A DNA stretch of 48,677 nucleotides from Conidiobolus incongruus B7586. Its lineage: Eukaryota. Position numbers and translations under genes: made by a program. The DNA lies in assembly GCA_000697335.1 (NCBI GenBank), contig JNEM01006747.1:1-48677 (forward strand). Direction: 5' to 3'. A model generated the notes under the pieces. The model had not been told where the DNA came from, ran no database searches, and saw only the letters and a program-made list of their open reading frames with translations. This document shows positions 36,286 to 48,677 of the stretch, in pieces. The stretch's first letter is position 1, and the number at the start of each line of letters is the position of its first letter.

Positions 36286-37572
36286 TTACAAACAGAGACT
36301 GGACTGGAGCTGAGTGTTATTGACTCTATATCCAGATTTTGAGGGAACTTCGGGGAATTTGACTGATGAATGACTCATTAATATGGTCCTTCGGCGATCC
36401 ATTTCGTCTGAGTCGTTGGTGAATACTGATGATAAATCGCTACACAAGCTAGGTGTAAGTGACAAGCGACTTCTGGGGGCGAGGATGTCGGAGATATCGT
36501 CGAGAATCTCGACTTCGTCGTAAGAGGTATCACCAGCCAATACTAAGGGATCGAGATACTCACCGCCGGAGAGAAGTTGGGGAAGTTCGCTCAATGTCAC
36601 GTTCAGTGTGCTGATCTGAATGGGAATATCCACGAGAAGAGGCACACGCGACCAGGCGACATTGGCACTGACCAAAATTTTATAAGTGACCCTAATCAAT
36701 TTGGAGGTGAAGATAGAAGGAGAAATTCCTTCAGGCACTGGGACACGAATGAGATCCAGTTCCTCAATGGAGTTGAATTGAATATGACTGACTGTATTGC
36801 AAATTTGTATTTCTTTTTCAGGACCGAAAATTGAGATCAATTGCATTAATTTGATGTCCAATCCAGTGACTGATTTGGTATTAACGGGAGCAAATGCTAA
36901 ATCAAGACATATATCGCCACCTGGGCATGAGGTTCTGAAAGTAGTATCAGCAATAAGTTTGATGGTTTCTCTTGTCATGACACCATAAGTATTCTCATTT
37001 GTAAAAGTTTGAGGCTCGGTGAAATCAGGATGAAATTTAGGTATTGAAGATAATAAGGTCATTGGAACAGTTGTTGTGTGACCAAACTTAGCAGGACGCT
37101 CAATGGTTGCCTTTAATTTATAACGAATGAATGCGTTGGAGCTCTCTAAAGAAGAGGGATAATTGTAATCTCCTAACTGGATTTGAAATGGGAAAGCATA
37201 ACTTGTGGCGCTCAAATATCCGCAGGGGTGTTCCCACAAAGTTGTTCTGACTTTAAAGATATCTTGTTCGAGTACATTACTATAATAATACAGTTAATAT
37301 ATGAGAATTGATATGCTGATATATTGTAATATATTACTGTTTAGGATTATTGGAGTCTAAAATGATGCCTTCTTGACCGTGAAAAGTGAGAACAACAGAC
37401 TTAGCTCTCTCTGGTCTGCTAAATTTGAGATTAACAACACCTATTAAACAAGTGAATAAGACCATTATCAAGAGTAGAAGAATATGGTCAGCGTACCTGA
37501 GATAACTTGACCTGCATAAAACTCACTCTGATCTTGGTCAAAGACGATGTTGAATAATTCAGGCTTGACCAT
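36286..37572 (-). CDS. Alpha-arrestin (arrestin N and C domains), 3 exons
   Basis: Spliced N-terminus FYAGQVISGVVNLKFSRPERAKSVVLTFHGQE; YAFPFQIQL...PSSLE...IRYKLKATIERP; SPSIFTSKLIRVTYKILV; DIPIQI. Confidence 0.87.
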
Positions 37573-40500
37573 GTTGAAGAATTGTTTTTAATAAAAAATA
37601 TTATAGATTTTGAAGTTTAAAAGATTGGTTTAGTGTTTTAATTTGAAGTATCAATAAATGATATATATATATATATGTATATAATATATATGTTGACTTA
37701 ATATATGATAAGTTGATAGGCTGATATGTGCCAAATATTAAAGATTGTTGAATATGAAAGAGAGAAAAAGAAACGAGTCCAATGTTATTTATACGTAAAT
37801 AAGCATAAAGTATGGAAAAACAAAATCCAACAGTGCAATATCTAAATCAAAAGTGAAATTGAAATCTAGTTCAAAAAGAAACCATATGATATTTATACTA
37901 ATTAATATTTCCCTTATTCAACAATGTGGAAGAGTTGTAATTTATTAAGCCTTCTCCCCGATTGACCACATTTTCATCAGATTCAAGTACCTGATTGGAC
38001 GAATGGGTATGTCCCTTGGTACTGCATCTGATTGGTTGTTGAATTCTAATTTTTTCTGTATTCCCCTTAAATCATCAATTCAAACCACACGTCTCAAATC
38101 TTATATTTTCAACTTGAATTAGCCTACATAACAGTTTATTGTATGAAACAAATATTAAAAATTTCAAACTAGACAAAGGAATCATATTGAATAGTTAAAA
38201 CAATAGAATTATTATTCAAACTTAGGAGTAATTTGATGTATTGTATTTGCGTAATATGATTTATCTTAGCATTTTGATCAGTTTATTGTAATGTAAAATT
38301 CACTGAAAATGATCTTATTAATCAAATGGTTTGATATACGAAAAATAGAGGTTTTCAAAATATTATTCATACCTCCAATCTTTTTGATTCAATGAACACG
38401 AGGATAGACTCCTGTAAAAGGAACAATCATCTAATCAAGAGAGATGTTATAAGAAGATGAAAACAATGATCTGTGGAGAAGTTGCTGTTTCTTTATTGAA
38501 TTAAATAATTTATTTTCTGGTTGATCAATTCCAAGTGAGTAATATGACACTTTAGGTAAATTGACTAATGTACCAATTATACCATTACTTTTTAAGTACT
38601 ACTTGATAATTTTTATCAATAACGTATTTCTTTTTAGTATACTTGATACATTTAACTATTTAGCTTTATATAATTCTTTATTATTCCATTGAATAATTTA
38701 TTTAATGGGTAAAAATTGATGTTATATAAGCATAGATACACAAATTTAACACTTCAAATTGTTATCAAACATTTAAATTGTTAATAAAATTACCTTATAA
38801 TTTACCTAATCACAATAATATTTCACTTGTGAAATATTAGCTCAATTAATTCAATTTGCCACAAATTAACTGCAATCTTAATTATTCAACTTAATTATCA
38901 AATTATTTTTATCAATTAATGATTGAAATTTATGACTATTGAATAATATCAATAGTTGTTTGCCATATGTCTATACAACTGTATGATCAAAATTTTGATT
39001 CAAATTAACTACATAAAATGAAAAACAATAAGACAATGATTTAATTCGAAAAGTTTGAATAACGAAAGGAGGATGAGATCATCACCCTTAAGGTTATCAA
39101 TTAATTTGAACAAATGGCTTGAAATTCATCCACATCTCAGGTCCGCTAAATTGAGCCAATCAAACAAATAATAACAGTCTCAATGATACACTTTGGATTC
39201 AATGAAGTTTCAATTTGAAATCCTAAATCTTCCCCTATTCTGGTCTAACCACTTTCATTTAATCTTACATTCTATCAAATATTCAAGTATCCTAGCATAC
39301 TACTCTATATACTATTATAAAAAGTATTCCGTATTAAGAATTGAGTAATTCAATTAAACTAATGTAAGGAATACTATAAACAATTCGGTATATTACAATG
39401 GATCAAATGCTAGATTTTTATCAGTATAATTCTACATCTAATGAAATTGCTCATATTGATTAAAATTATTTAAATCAGTGTTTTTTATTAATTTTTTATG
39501 AATAGAAAATTCTTGAAAAGTTAAGTGAATTATAATGATTTATAAAAGTTATTTTTTTGGGTTATTTGTTTTATAATATAATTTTTTTAATATGAATTCT
39601 AGAACTCAAATGCGCTTTATTTAAATTATAGAAAATGAATAAATAAAGAAATTTATTATATCACTATACTAATTTATTTAAATCAATTATGATAATAATG
39701 TTATATGATATAATTTTATTTTAAAGAAGCTGTAACAATAATTAATTTACAAAATATTGATGAAATAATTAATTATACTGAACAATTTTACTTTATTCTA
39801 TCAACTATTATTCATTAATAAAAGCACCAGGTACTTTTATTTATTCATAATTCAAAATTGAGGTCTTATTTTTTAAAGTAAAATTATTGTATATTTCATA
39901 AATTGAACTTTATATTAAAAGATTTTAATTTGAATATCTTAATTCCAATATATTTATTAATCTAATAAAGGGTCAAAAATAAATTCATGGTCCAAAAGAT
40001 CTACAATATGATTGATAATTTTAATCAACATAAGCCCATCAATAAGCCAAATTTAAATTAATTTAAATCAGAAAACATCATCATTTCATCATATCTTGTT
40101 GTTTGTTTTTTAAGTTGACTTTAGTTTCATAAAAATGTGAATTATAATTATGAAAAAAATACAATTAAAAATTGTTTAATTTTCAATTATATAAATATTT
40201 TGGAAAAAGTGAGTTATTTTATTAACAAATTAAAGGTACATTTATTTTATTTGATATTTTAATAATTTTTTTAAATTATCTTTATCAAAGCTTTTCTAAA
40301 AAAGATTTTTTTTCGCATAATGATAACGTTTGTAAGAATGTAAACTGAATCCTATTGGATAAAATTAGAAATCTCAAAGATTTTTGAAATTTTTGGTAAT
40401 AAAATTGAATTGTTTCAAAATAGCCTTGAGTTTGTTGTTTTCTTTTAAACTGAATTTTAAAATTTTGCATTTAGTGTAGTGTTAAATACTGGGATTTAAT

Positions 40501-43259
40501 CATTATTCAATCATTGAAAATTCCAATATTTTTGATGAATATTGAACTGAATATTGTTCTTCCGTAATTTACTCAATTGAAACTTCAGATTTATAGTGAT
40601 TACTGGATAATTATAGCTAGATGATCAATGCCATGCTTTCCATTGAAATAATCTTGCTTATTATATTATTAAAGCTATATAATTCAGTATTGGGAGGAAG
40701 TATCAATCCATTAGAATAACGATGCATATTAAAAATAATCATAAGTAATTAATTATTCTTAGATTTGTAAAAGAAACTGTGGAGCATTGGCTAATTTATA
40801 GTATAACTTAATATCACTTAAAGCCTGATAATGCCAAATTGCCTTACAATAGATAATTAACTTTAGCATAATTCATAATAACTTTAATATTGGAGGCATT
40901 GAACAGACTCAAAAACTATTTGAGTACCTTATAAAATAAATATATTTCATACTTTAAAATAGATTTGAAAGAAATTATTAATTTTATATTATATATAGAC
41001 TATACAACTAATATTATATCTGTTTCCAATGATTTTCAAATTTCACTTGAAATTTTGTATTTCTGGCGTAATTCAAAACTCCAATTATATTAATAATCAC
41101 ATTTTCAAGTACTTAAGTTATCAATTTGGTTAATATGGGTAAAACATAATTCTAATTTCTAAATTAATAATATATATTGAGTATATATAATCATTTCAGT
41201 ATATCTTAATTTAATCTTTTATTAATAAAAATTTGAATTATAAATAAAAATAAATTGTTAAATTCTAAAATAATCATCAATATTAAGCTTTTTTTTCAAT
41301 TTTATTGAATACTAAAATTTGATAAAATTATTTTAATATTTATATTCTATGTAATGAAGGGATTGTATATATTAAATAAATCAATGTTTCATTTTCATTT
41401 ATTATCAAAGATAAATAGATTTATTAATGCATTCATTAGAAGTACCTTGTTAAGACAAAGTATATTGTTATTCAATATTATAAAACTCTATAGTCAGTTA
41501 AAATATTTTATTTGAATAAAAGAAATATAATTACATGTAAGCTTTATTATAATATAGTTAAAACTAATTATCATTAAAAAATAAAAAACTTTTCAATAAT
41601 CAGAAAAATAAATTATTATCAAACTTCTTGAAATATATATATAATACAAAACAATATATAAATATATCAAACAACATAAATATAATGATAATTTTAATGA
41701 TAAGATAATCAAACAATAAAACAAATATCTGAAATATATAATTGAAAATATTTTAATGAAAATATAACCATTTTTAATATTATTTTAGTAATCATTTTGA
41801 GGTAGAAATCTAAAATTTGAAAAGACTAGTTTGTTAACAATACCAGGTATTAAAAAGATATTAAAGAAAAATTTAATAAAATCATAATCAAAGCATACTA
41901 AAAAAGTAATATATCAATATCAAGATCAATAAAAAAATATAAAATGCAAGATATATTTCCATAAAGACAATTAAAACGATGTTGAATTTTTATCTAATTT
42001 TCTATTTTTAAGACTTTAAACTCAAAAATTTAAATATTTTAACATATCATTATTTCAAATTGTATATTTTTTATATATAATAATAAAGATAGATAAAAGT
42101 TTATCTTAATATATATATATATATATATATCAATCCAAATTATATTTGTTAAATGAATGGCTGTTTCATAATAAATTTTAAGTTAATAATAAAGTATTTA
42201 AAAGTCAATTTTATTCTTATAGTTAATATTAACTAATCATTACAAAATATTACTAAGATATTTCAATATATATTAAAATATATTATCAATAATATAGATG
42301 TTTACCATTGAATTACTATATATTCAAAATATTTACTATATTATATAATAATGTTAAATAATAAATATTAACTAAATTATATTTAATTATATTATAAATA
42401 ACAATTTATATAGTTTTAAAATTTAATTATATTTTATTTAACAATGTTTTATTATCTTTGTAAATACTTAATATAAAAGCAATAGAAAAAATATTAATAA
42501 TTGTAAAATATTAATAAGAAATATTAATTATAATAACATAAATATTACCAAATGATTATAGTTTTATATTATTAAAATATAATTTCATATTATATTAAAC
42601 TATTATATATTCCTTTAAAATCAAAAAATAAATAATTTTTTAATTTTTGATATTATAATTTTATTATTAATATCAAAAAAATTATCCTTTTAAATTTATT
42701 AATTAGTTAATTTTAAAAGTTCTTTATTATTATATTATCAAAAATAAATCAAAATTTTTTTTAAAATAGTTGAAAATATATAAATAGCTTATAAAAGTGA
42801 TATTTTATTAAATTTTATTATTTAATATTAATTTAATTATATAAATGATTGTCTAATATTTAAATTATTCACAATTATTAAGAATTAATATTGATTATAA
42901 TATTTATAGTATGTATACTATTCTAAAATCAAAAAAATTATTTAATTACTTTATCAATAACTTATTCTAACTAGATATTGAAAATAGTTAAGAATAAAAT
43001 TATTTCCTAAAATAATATCGAATATATTAAATAATTTAAAATGTTAATATTAAAAATATAAAATAAAAAGAATTAACATTAAAAAATGATCATGCATTTT
43101 CATGTAAATAAATATTTTGGAATCTCTTATCATTAATTATTGATTCTATTAAAATTTGATAAAATTTCAATATTTATATACTATTTTTCTAAGTTATATT
43201 TCGAAAAATAATAAAGAAACTTTGTGTAATACAATTAGAAAATTCTAATATGCAATCAA

Positions 43260-43286
43260 TGACTCAGTATTTTTTTTAATGAGTCA
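43260..43286. promoter_or_regulatory. Pair of Gcn4/CpcA (AP-1-type) response elements upstream of HIS7
   Basis: TGACTCA 43260-43266 and TGAGTCA 43280-43286, separated by a T-tract, about 330-355 bp upstream of ATG 43615. Confidence 0.7.
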
Positions 43287-43614
43287 AAGTGATAATCAAT
43301 TTGGATAATATGGATAATTTTAGTAACCTCAAATATTTTAAATGTACTCATAGACCTAAGATTACTAAATTCATCAAATGATGTCAATAAATTTCCTAAA
43401 TTTTATCTATTGATTAAATGGATTGATGGACTGATTTAAATGAGAAAATAAGAAAACCCTTAATTCTTTAATTAATCAATTAAAGATATAAATATTAGTT
43501 TTAAGTAATTAATTTTTTTAAAAAAAATATAAAAGAATATTAAATTAAAAATTATCCAAATAATTTATTTTAAGTTATCAATTAATAAAATATTAATAGC
43601 TATTTTATAAAAAA

Positions 43615-45262
43615 ATGTCTTTATATCTCTTAGATTATGGAGGTGGCAATGTCCGAAGTTTATTAAATGCTGTAGAAAAGTTAGGTTACCAAATTCAACC
43701 TATTCAAAACGTTGAAGATTTCGAGAAAGCTGAAGTAAATTTATTATATTTCATTTATTATCTAAAATCTGATCAAATTATAGCAAATTATTTTTCCAGG
43801 AGTTGGAAACTTTGGCACAGCTATGAAATCCCTCCATGTTAAAGGATTTATCGAACCTCTAAAGAAATACATTCAAAGTGGTAAAAAATTCTTCGGAATT
43901 TGCGTTGGGATGCAATGCTTGTTTCAAAGTTCTGAGGAATTTAAAGAAACACCAGGTCTTGGTATTATTCCTGGCACCGTGACGAAATTTGACGCGAGTG
44001 GCAAGTCAGTGCCTCATATGGGCTGGAATTACACTGAAATGGTTGGAGATGGTGCTATGTTCAATCAGTATTATTACTTTGTTCATTCATATGCTGTCAA
44101 ATATGATGAGAGTTTGAAGGATTGGACTTTTAGTACTACGGTTTACGAGGATGAAACTTTTATCAGTTCTGTGAGGAAAGGGTCATTATTGGCTACTCAA
44201 TTCCACCCTGAGAAGAGTGGATTTGCAGGCCTTCAGCTCATTCACTGGTTTTTAGCAGGTACTACTAGTAATGAACTACCAGTCAGTCCATTTATACTCA
44301 AACCTTTAACAAATCCTCTCACCAAACGTGTAATAGCTTGTCTCGACGTAAGAACCAATGATCAAGGAGATCTCGTCGTCACCAAAGGTGATCAGTATGA
44401 TGTACGCGAAAAAGAAAACAATGAAGTGCGCAACCTTGGAAAACCTGTTGAACTGGCAACTCGCTACTTCAATGAAGGTGCTGATGAGGTCACATTCCTC
44501 AACATCACCAGTTTCCGCAACTCTCCTCTCAAAGATTTACCCATGTTGCAAGTACTTGAATTGACATCCAAGCAAGTATTCATTCCTCTCACAATTGGTG
44601 GTGGTATTCGCGAGTTTGTCGACCCTGACGGCACAGTACACCCAGCTCACGAAGTTGCTGGAACTTACTTCAGATCAGGTGCAGACAAGGTATCCATTGG
44701 TGGCGATGCAGTGATTGCCGCCGAAAATTACTATAAGAACGGGTCCAAACCCGATGGTACCTCTGCCATTGAGTCAATTTCTAAAGTGTATGGTAATCAA
44801 GCTGTAGTTATTTCTGTAGATCCTCGCAGAGTGTATGTCAATCATCCATCAGAAACTACTCATGCTACTGTCGAAGCCATCAAACCGGATGCTGATGGCA
44901 AGAAATACTGCTGGTACCAATGCTCCATCAAAGGAGGTCGCGAATTTCGAGATCTCGATGTCGTCCAACTTGTCAAAGCTTGTGAAGCCTTAGGCGCTGG
45001 TGAAATCCTATTAAACTGTATCGACCAAGACGGTACTAATTCCGGTTATGATATCGCACTCATCAACCAAGTGAAGCAAGCTGTCAGTATTCCAGTGATT
45101 GCGAGTAGTGGCGCTGGCAAAGTCGAACACTTTTCGGAAGTATTCGCTAAAACCAATGTGGATGCTGCCCTAGCTGCTGGCATTTTCCATCGACAAGAAG
45201 TTCCAATCCAAGATGTTAAAACTCATTTGATAGATAAGGGACTTTCCATAAGACCTATATAG
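43615..45262 (+). CDS. HIS7: Bifunctional imidazole glycerol phosphate synthase HisHF, 2 exons (intron 43735-43783)
   Basis: LDYGGGNVRSL; FPGVGNFG; GICVGMQ; FVHSY; QFHPEKSG; RVIACLDVRTND; PLTIGGGI; GADKVSIG; ASSGAG; AALAAGIFH. Confidence 0.97.
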
Positions 45263-46093
45263 ATTCCAAAGATTTAATTTATTAAAATGAATTTTCAATT
45301 ATTTACTATCAATCTTCAGATATTTTAATATATAAATTTTTCACTCCAATATATTATCCAATGGAAATATTATTATTTTACACATAATATGATTTGAAGA
45401 ATGATATATATCTATGTAACAAATAGAAATTATATTCACCATTTCTGATTTTAATTTTTAAATAATCTTTAAATAAATAAAAAATTAAATGAACTTTGAA
45501 TTAATATTAGAATAAATCTACATATTATTTAATAATTAGATTAATGTAACATGGTAATAAATTTCTAAAATATTTTCAAATATATTTGATATTTTGTATT
45601 ATATGACATATAATTGATAAAAAAAATAATTTTTTTTAATACAATGAGTTCTTAACTTGAATATTATATATACTAGAATTCTTTAGAATTTCTTTTCATT
45701 AAATTAATACTTATCCATTTTTGAAAGTGATTTTAAAAATAAAAAAAATCTAAGGATGGTTATAACAATTTTCAAATTAAAATACATTAGATTTATATTG
45801 TAATATTGTCAAAAACAGTTTACTTTTAAATAAAAATGTAAGATATTATAATTATTAGATGATATTAACATGTTCAAATATCAAGTGATAATATTATCAA
45901 TAAATTTAATTTATATTATTTCATTATTTAAACTTATTAAATAATTATAAATGATATCTGATTAATTTAATATAAAATTATTATAAAAAATATGAAATTA
46001 ATAAAAACTATTAAAAAAAAATTCAAATAAATTAATTTATATTGTAGTAATATAAATAATAATACCCAATATAAAAATATTTTAATAATACAA

Positions 46094-46360
46094 TTAAGAT
46101 TGCATCTTATTATCCACCTTTGCTAACTCTTCTTTCAACTGTTTGGAGAAATCGTCCTCAATATCGTCATCGTCCCAATTATCGTCCCAAAGGTTGGCAT
46201 CTGGATTATTCTCAGTTTCGTTCCAATCTTCTACTGGAAACTCTTCAAATTCGTCATCATCTTCCAAAACTGCTAGAGTGTTCTTAGTTTCTTTTTCGTT
46301 TTGGGGTTTTGTTTCTTTGGTTTTGTTGTCACTTGTAGTGCTTGTGTTATTGGATGGCAT
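46094..46360 (-). CDS. SEM1: 26S proteasome lid subunit Sem1/DSS1, intronless
   Basis: LEDDDEFEEFPVEDW...LWDDNWDDDDIEDDFSKQLKEEL. Confidence 0.94.
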   Translation of the reverse strand: MPSNNTSTTSDNKTKETKPQNEKETKNTLAVLEDDDEFEEFPVEDWNETENNPDANLWDDNWDDDDIEDDFSKQLKEELAKVDNKMQS

Positions 46361-46456
46361 TTTTTGTTTTAATTAGTTATTGTTAAGAGGAATATATGTT
46401 GATGATTGATTACGTGTAAATTTAATTTTTAATGATTTTATTTATTGTTGATAATA

Positions 46457-46465
46457 TTATGGGAT
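46457..46465 (-). promoter_or_regulatory. ATCCCATAA upstream element, SEM1
   Basis: TTATGGGAT on the + strand; 105 bp upstream of ATG 46360. Confidence 0.6.
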
Positions 46466-46688
46466 TATTCTATTTGAATAATCTTAAGAATTAATTTTTA
46501 TTAACTATTAAGAATAAATAATTGATTTAAAATTTGAATAAAAATAAAAATAAAATACTTTAAAATTATAATAATATTAATAAATATATATATATATTAA
46601 AAATAAATTATAATAATAAATATGAAACAATTAAAAGTTTAAATTATAATTTTATTAACAACAAATAATAATAAATACAAATTTTAAA

Positions 46689-47279
46689 TTAATTAATAGG
46701 AATATATTCAGGTGTTGTCAAATAATCCAAACTTAAAAATATAAAACTGATAAAATTCAAGAGGAAGCTAAATAAATTCATGAAGAAACAAAAGCCCAAC
46801 TGAAGGTGTACTTCCTGAGGAGAGTGGCCTGACATGAAGGGCTCCGGAAATTTGTAGTAGTAGTATATGACGAGCCAAATAGCTACCGATTGAAAAATGC
46901 ATTGAATCAAGATGGATAGTATGACAATGGGTAGGAATTTTTTTTGTTTCAAAAGCGACCTGAACGTTAAATATACAATCATAACTAGTAAGATACTGCC
47001 AAAAATAGAGTTGAATAAAATACTCGATTTTAACAATTTCCAATTGTAACAAAAATTTCCAATATGACAATCCCAATCGATATCGGATGGAAAAGGCTTA
47101 CACCTGCCTAGAAAGTAGCCACACTTGCGAAATATACCAAAATGAGTTTCAATAACGAATGGTAATTTATTGTAAGCGACAATCCACTCGGGAAAAATTA
47201 AACTAATAAGGGTACAACAATATCCTATTAAAAATCGAATGGTGAGTAATGCGTAACTTCGTGTTGAACTCATCCTCAT
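46689..47279 (-). CDS. Four-TM membrane protein of the claudin/PMP22/SUR7 superfamily
   Basis: Four hydrophobic segments; first loop W...HFGIFRKC...C resembles the claudin W-GLWxxC-C signature; LGFCF precedes TM4. Confidence 0.65.
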   Translation of the reverse strand: MRMSSTRSYALLTIRFLIGYCCTLISLIFPEWIVAYNKLPFVIETHFGIFRKCGYFLGRCKPFPSDIDWDCHIGNFCYNWKLLKSSILFNSIFGSILLVMIVYLTFRSLLKQKKFLPIVILSILIQCIFQSVAIWLVIYYYYKFPEPFMSGHSPQEVHLQLGFCFFMNLFSFLLNFISFIFLSLDYLTTPEYIPIN

Positions 47280-47388
47280 TTTGAATAATATTTAACTATA
47301 TTTATTTATTTATAATGGAAAAGTCAAAGTGAATATTTCAAATTATATCAATCAGGGTCATCTTTTGTATATATGGAAAATTTGAACA

Positions 47389-47397
47389 TTGTGGGAT
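47389..47397 (-). promoter_or_regulatory. ATCCCACAA upstream element, claudin-like gene
   Basis: TTGTGGGAT on the + strand; 118 bp upstream of ATG 47279. Confidence 0.55.
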
Positions 47398-48677
47398 ATT
47401 TTTCAAAATACTAAATTTAATTGTTGCAGCTTGAATCCGGTTGATGTAATATTTAATATTAATGAAATCATAATAACAAAGAGTATTAGAATTTTCTAAA
47501 CAAATAATTAGATTGCTGATCGCTAAACTTGGTTAAAATATCATTTCTAGAACATAATATTTTAAGATATTTGTTATTACTAACCAATTCAAAGAATTTT
47601 TGATTAATTCAAAATATTTTTTGAAAATTTTATTAATTTGGTTAAAAAGCATGTACTCAATTTTGTCAAGTAGAATAGAAATTCAATTAACTTTTTGGTG
47701 TGTTTAATAAGTGTATTGATTGAATATTAAAGATAGGAAAAAATTATTCAAGGTAGAGTATGTTTATAAATAATACAAATAACAATAGGTCAATTCAACA
47801 AAATATTGAAATATAAAAATACCAATTTTTTATTAATTATGAAATCTTATTAATTTCTTGAGTGGTTTATCAAAAACAAGTAATATTAGTATAGAAATTA
47901 AGTAATGGCACAATTTTAAAATTAAAATTAAATAAATAAATCAATATGTAATATATTAAATTTAATAAACAATATAAAATTAATATTTTTTTATTATTAA
48001 TAACTTTTTTTTATACTTTTGGTAAGCTTTTAATATTTAAAAAACAGTTTTTTTATTAAGGACTAAAATTTAATGTTTCACAAACTAATTTAATTTGTTT
48101 GTATAAATTTTTTTCTTGTAAGCTAATTTATTAATTGTTTAAAATAATTATAATTATATAAGTTATAATTAAGTGAATATATTAGATATAGTAACTCTCT
48201 TTAATTTTTTATATATAAAATATTTTATAGTTTTAACTTTATGTAATTTATAATTATTATGTAAAATAATAAATATCTTTAATTTATATTGAGAATATTA
48301 TTTAAAAATTATTTTATTTAAAAAAATAATATATAATTTACTATTAATTAATTTTTTTTTAAGGTGTGAAATAAGAAAACTATATACCATTATAATTTAT
48401 TATAATAATTAATATTAACTTATATTTAAAGTGTTTATTTATTAATCTTTATACAAAAGCTTAATTTAATTTAATATTTTGTTTTATTTTTAAGTAAAAG
48501 ATTATATCAAAAAAATTAAGATTCATTAATTAAAAATATTTAATATAAAAACCTTTGTTTTTAATTATCATTCAATAAGTTTAATTATAACTATTTTAAT
48601 ATTTTTAGGCTTTAGTTAAATTACAAGATATTTATTTTATATTTTTATTAATTAATTTTAGTTTAAATTTAAATATA

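Noticed and set aside
40285..40470. 61-aa minus-strand ORF
   Set aside because: Low-complexity K/F/Q composition typical of chance ORFs in AT-rich DNA; no splice context found.
42641..42685. Inverted repeat tttttgatatta...taatatcaaaaa (possible MITE or hairpin)
   Set aside because: Almost pure A/T, short, with no target-site duplication or second copy; expected by chance.

Overview
AT-rich, gene-dense eukaryotic DNA with many short (~47-70 nt) GT-AG introns. It is most consistent with an early-diverging (non-Dikarya) fungus, plausibly Conidiobolus-like/entomophthoralean; this is inferred from a secreted trypsin, an F-box/LRR gene and an animal-type methylmalonyl-CoA epimerase. Manual splicing gives about 22 intact genes: UBR7, a PPR-like protein, CMC1, cyclin C, mL53/MRPL44, a PDK/BCKDK kinase, STRIP/Far11, Tlg1/syntaxin-6, CDC6, a GFA-family protein, trypsin, MCEE, a small membrane protein, a Pex14-family protein, F-box/LRR, a conserved unknown protein, MAP1, SPE3, an alpha-arrestin, HIS7, SEM1 and a claudin-like protein. 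CMC1, MRPL44 and MCEE are absent from the ORF track. Two adjacent decayed genes sit at the left end, one recognisably a copine. The most striking unexplained signal is a 9-bp element, ATCCCA(T/C)AA or a one-base variant. It occurs in sense orientation 89-134 bp upstream of the ATG of 12 mostly housekeeping genes and is a candidate lineage-specific core-promoter element. A pair of perfect Gcn4/CpcA sites lies upstream of HIS7. No rRNA, tRNA, CRISPR array or recognisable transposon was seen. All family assignments come from motif recognition by eye, not database searches.
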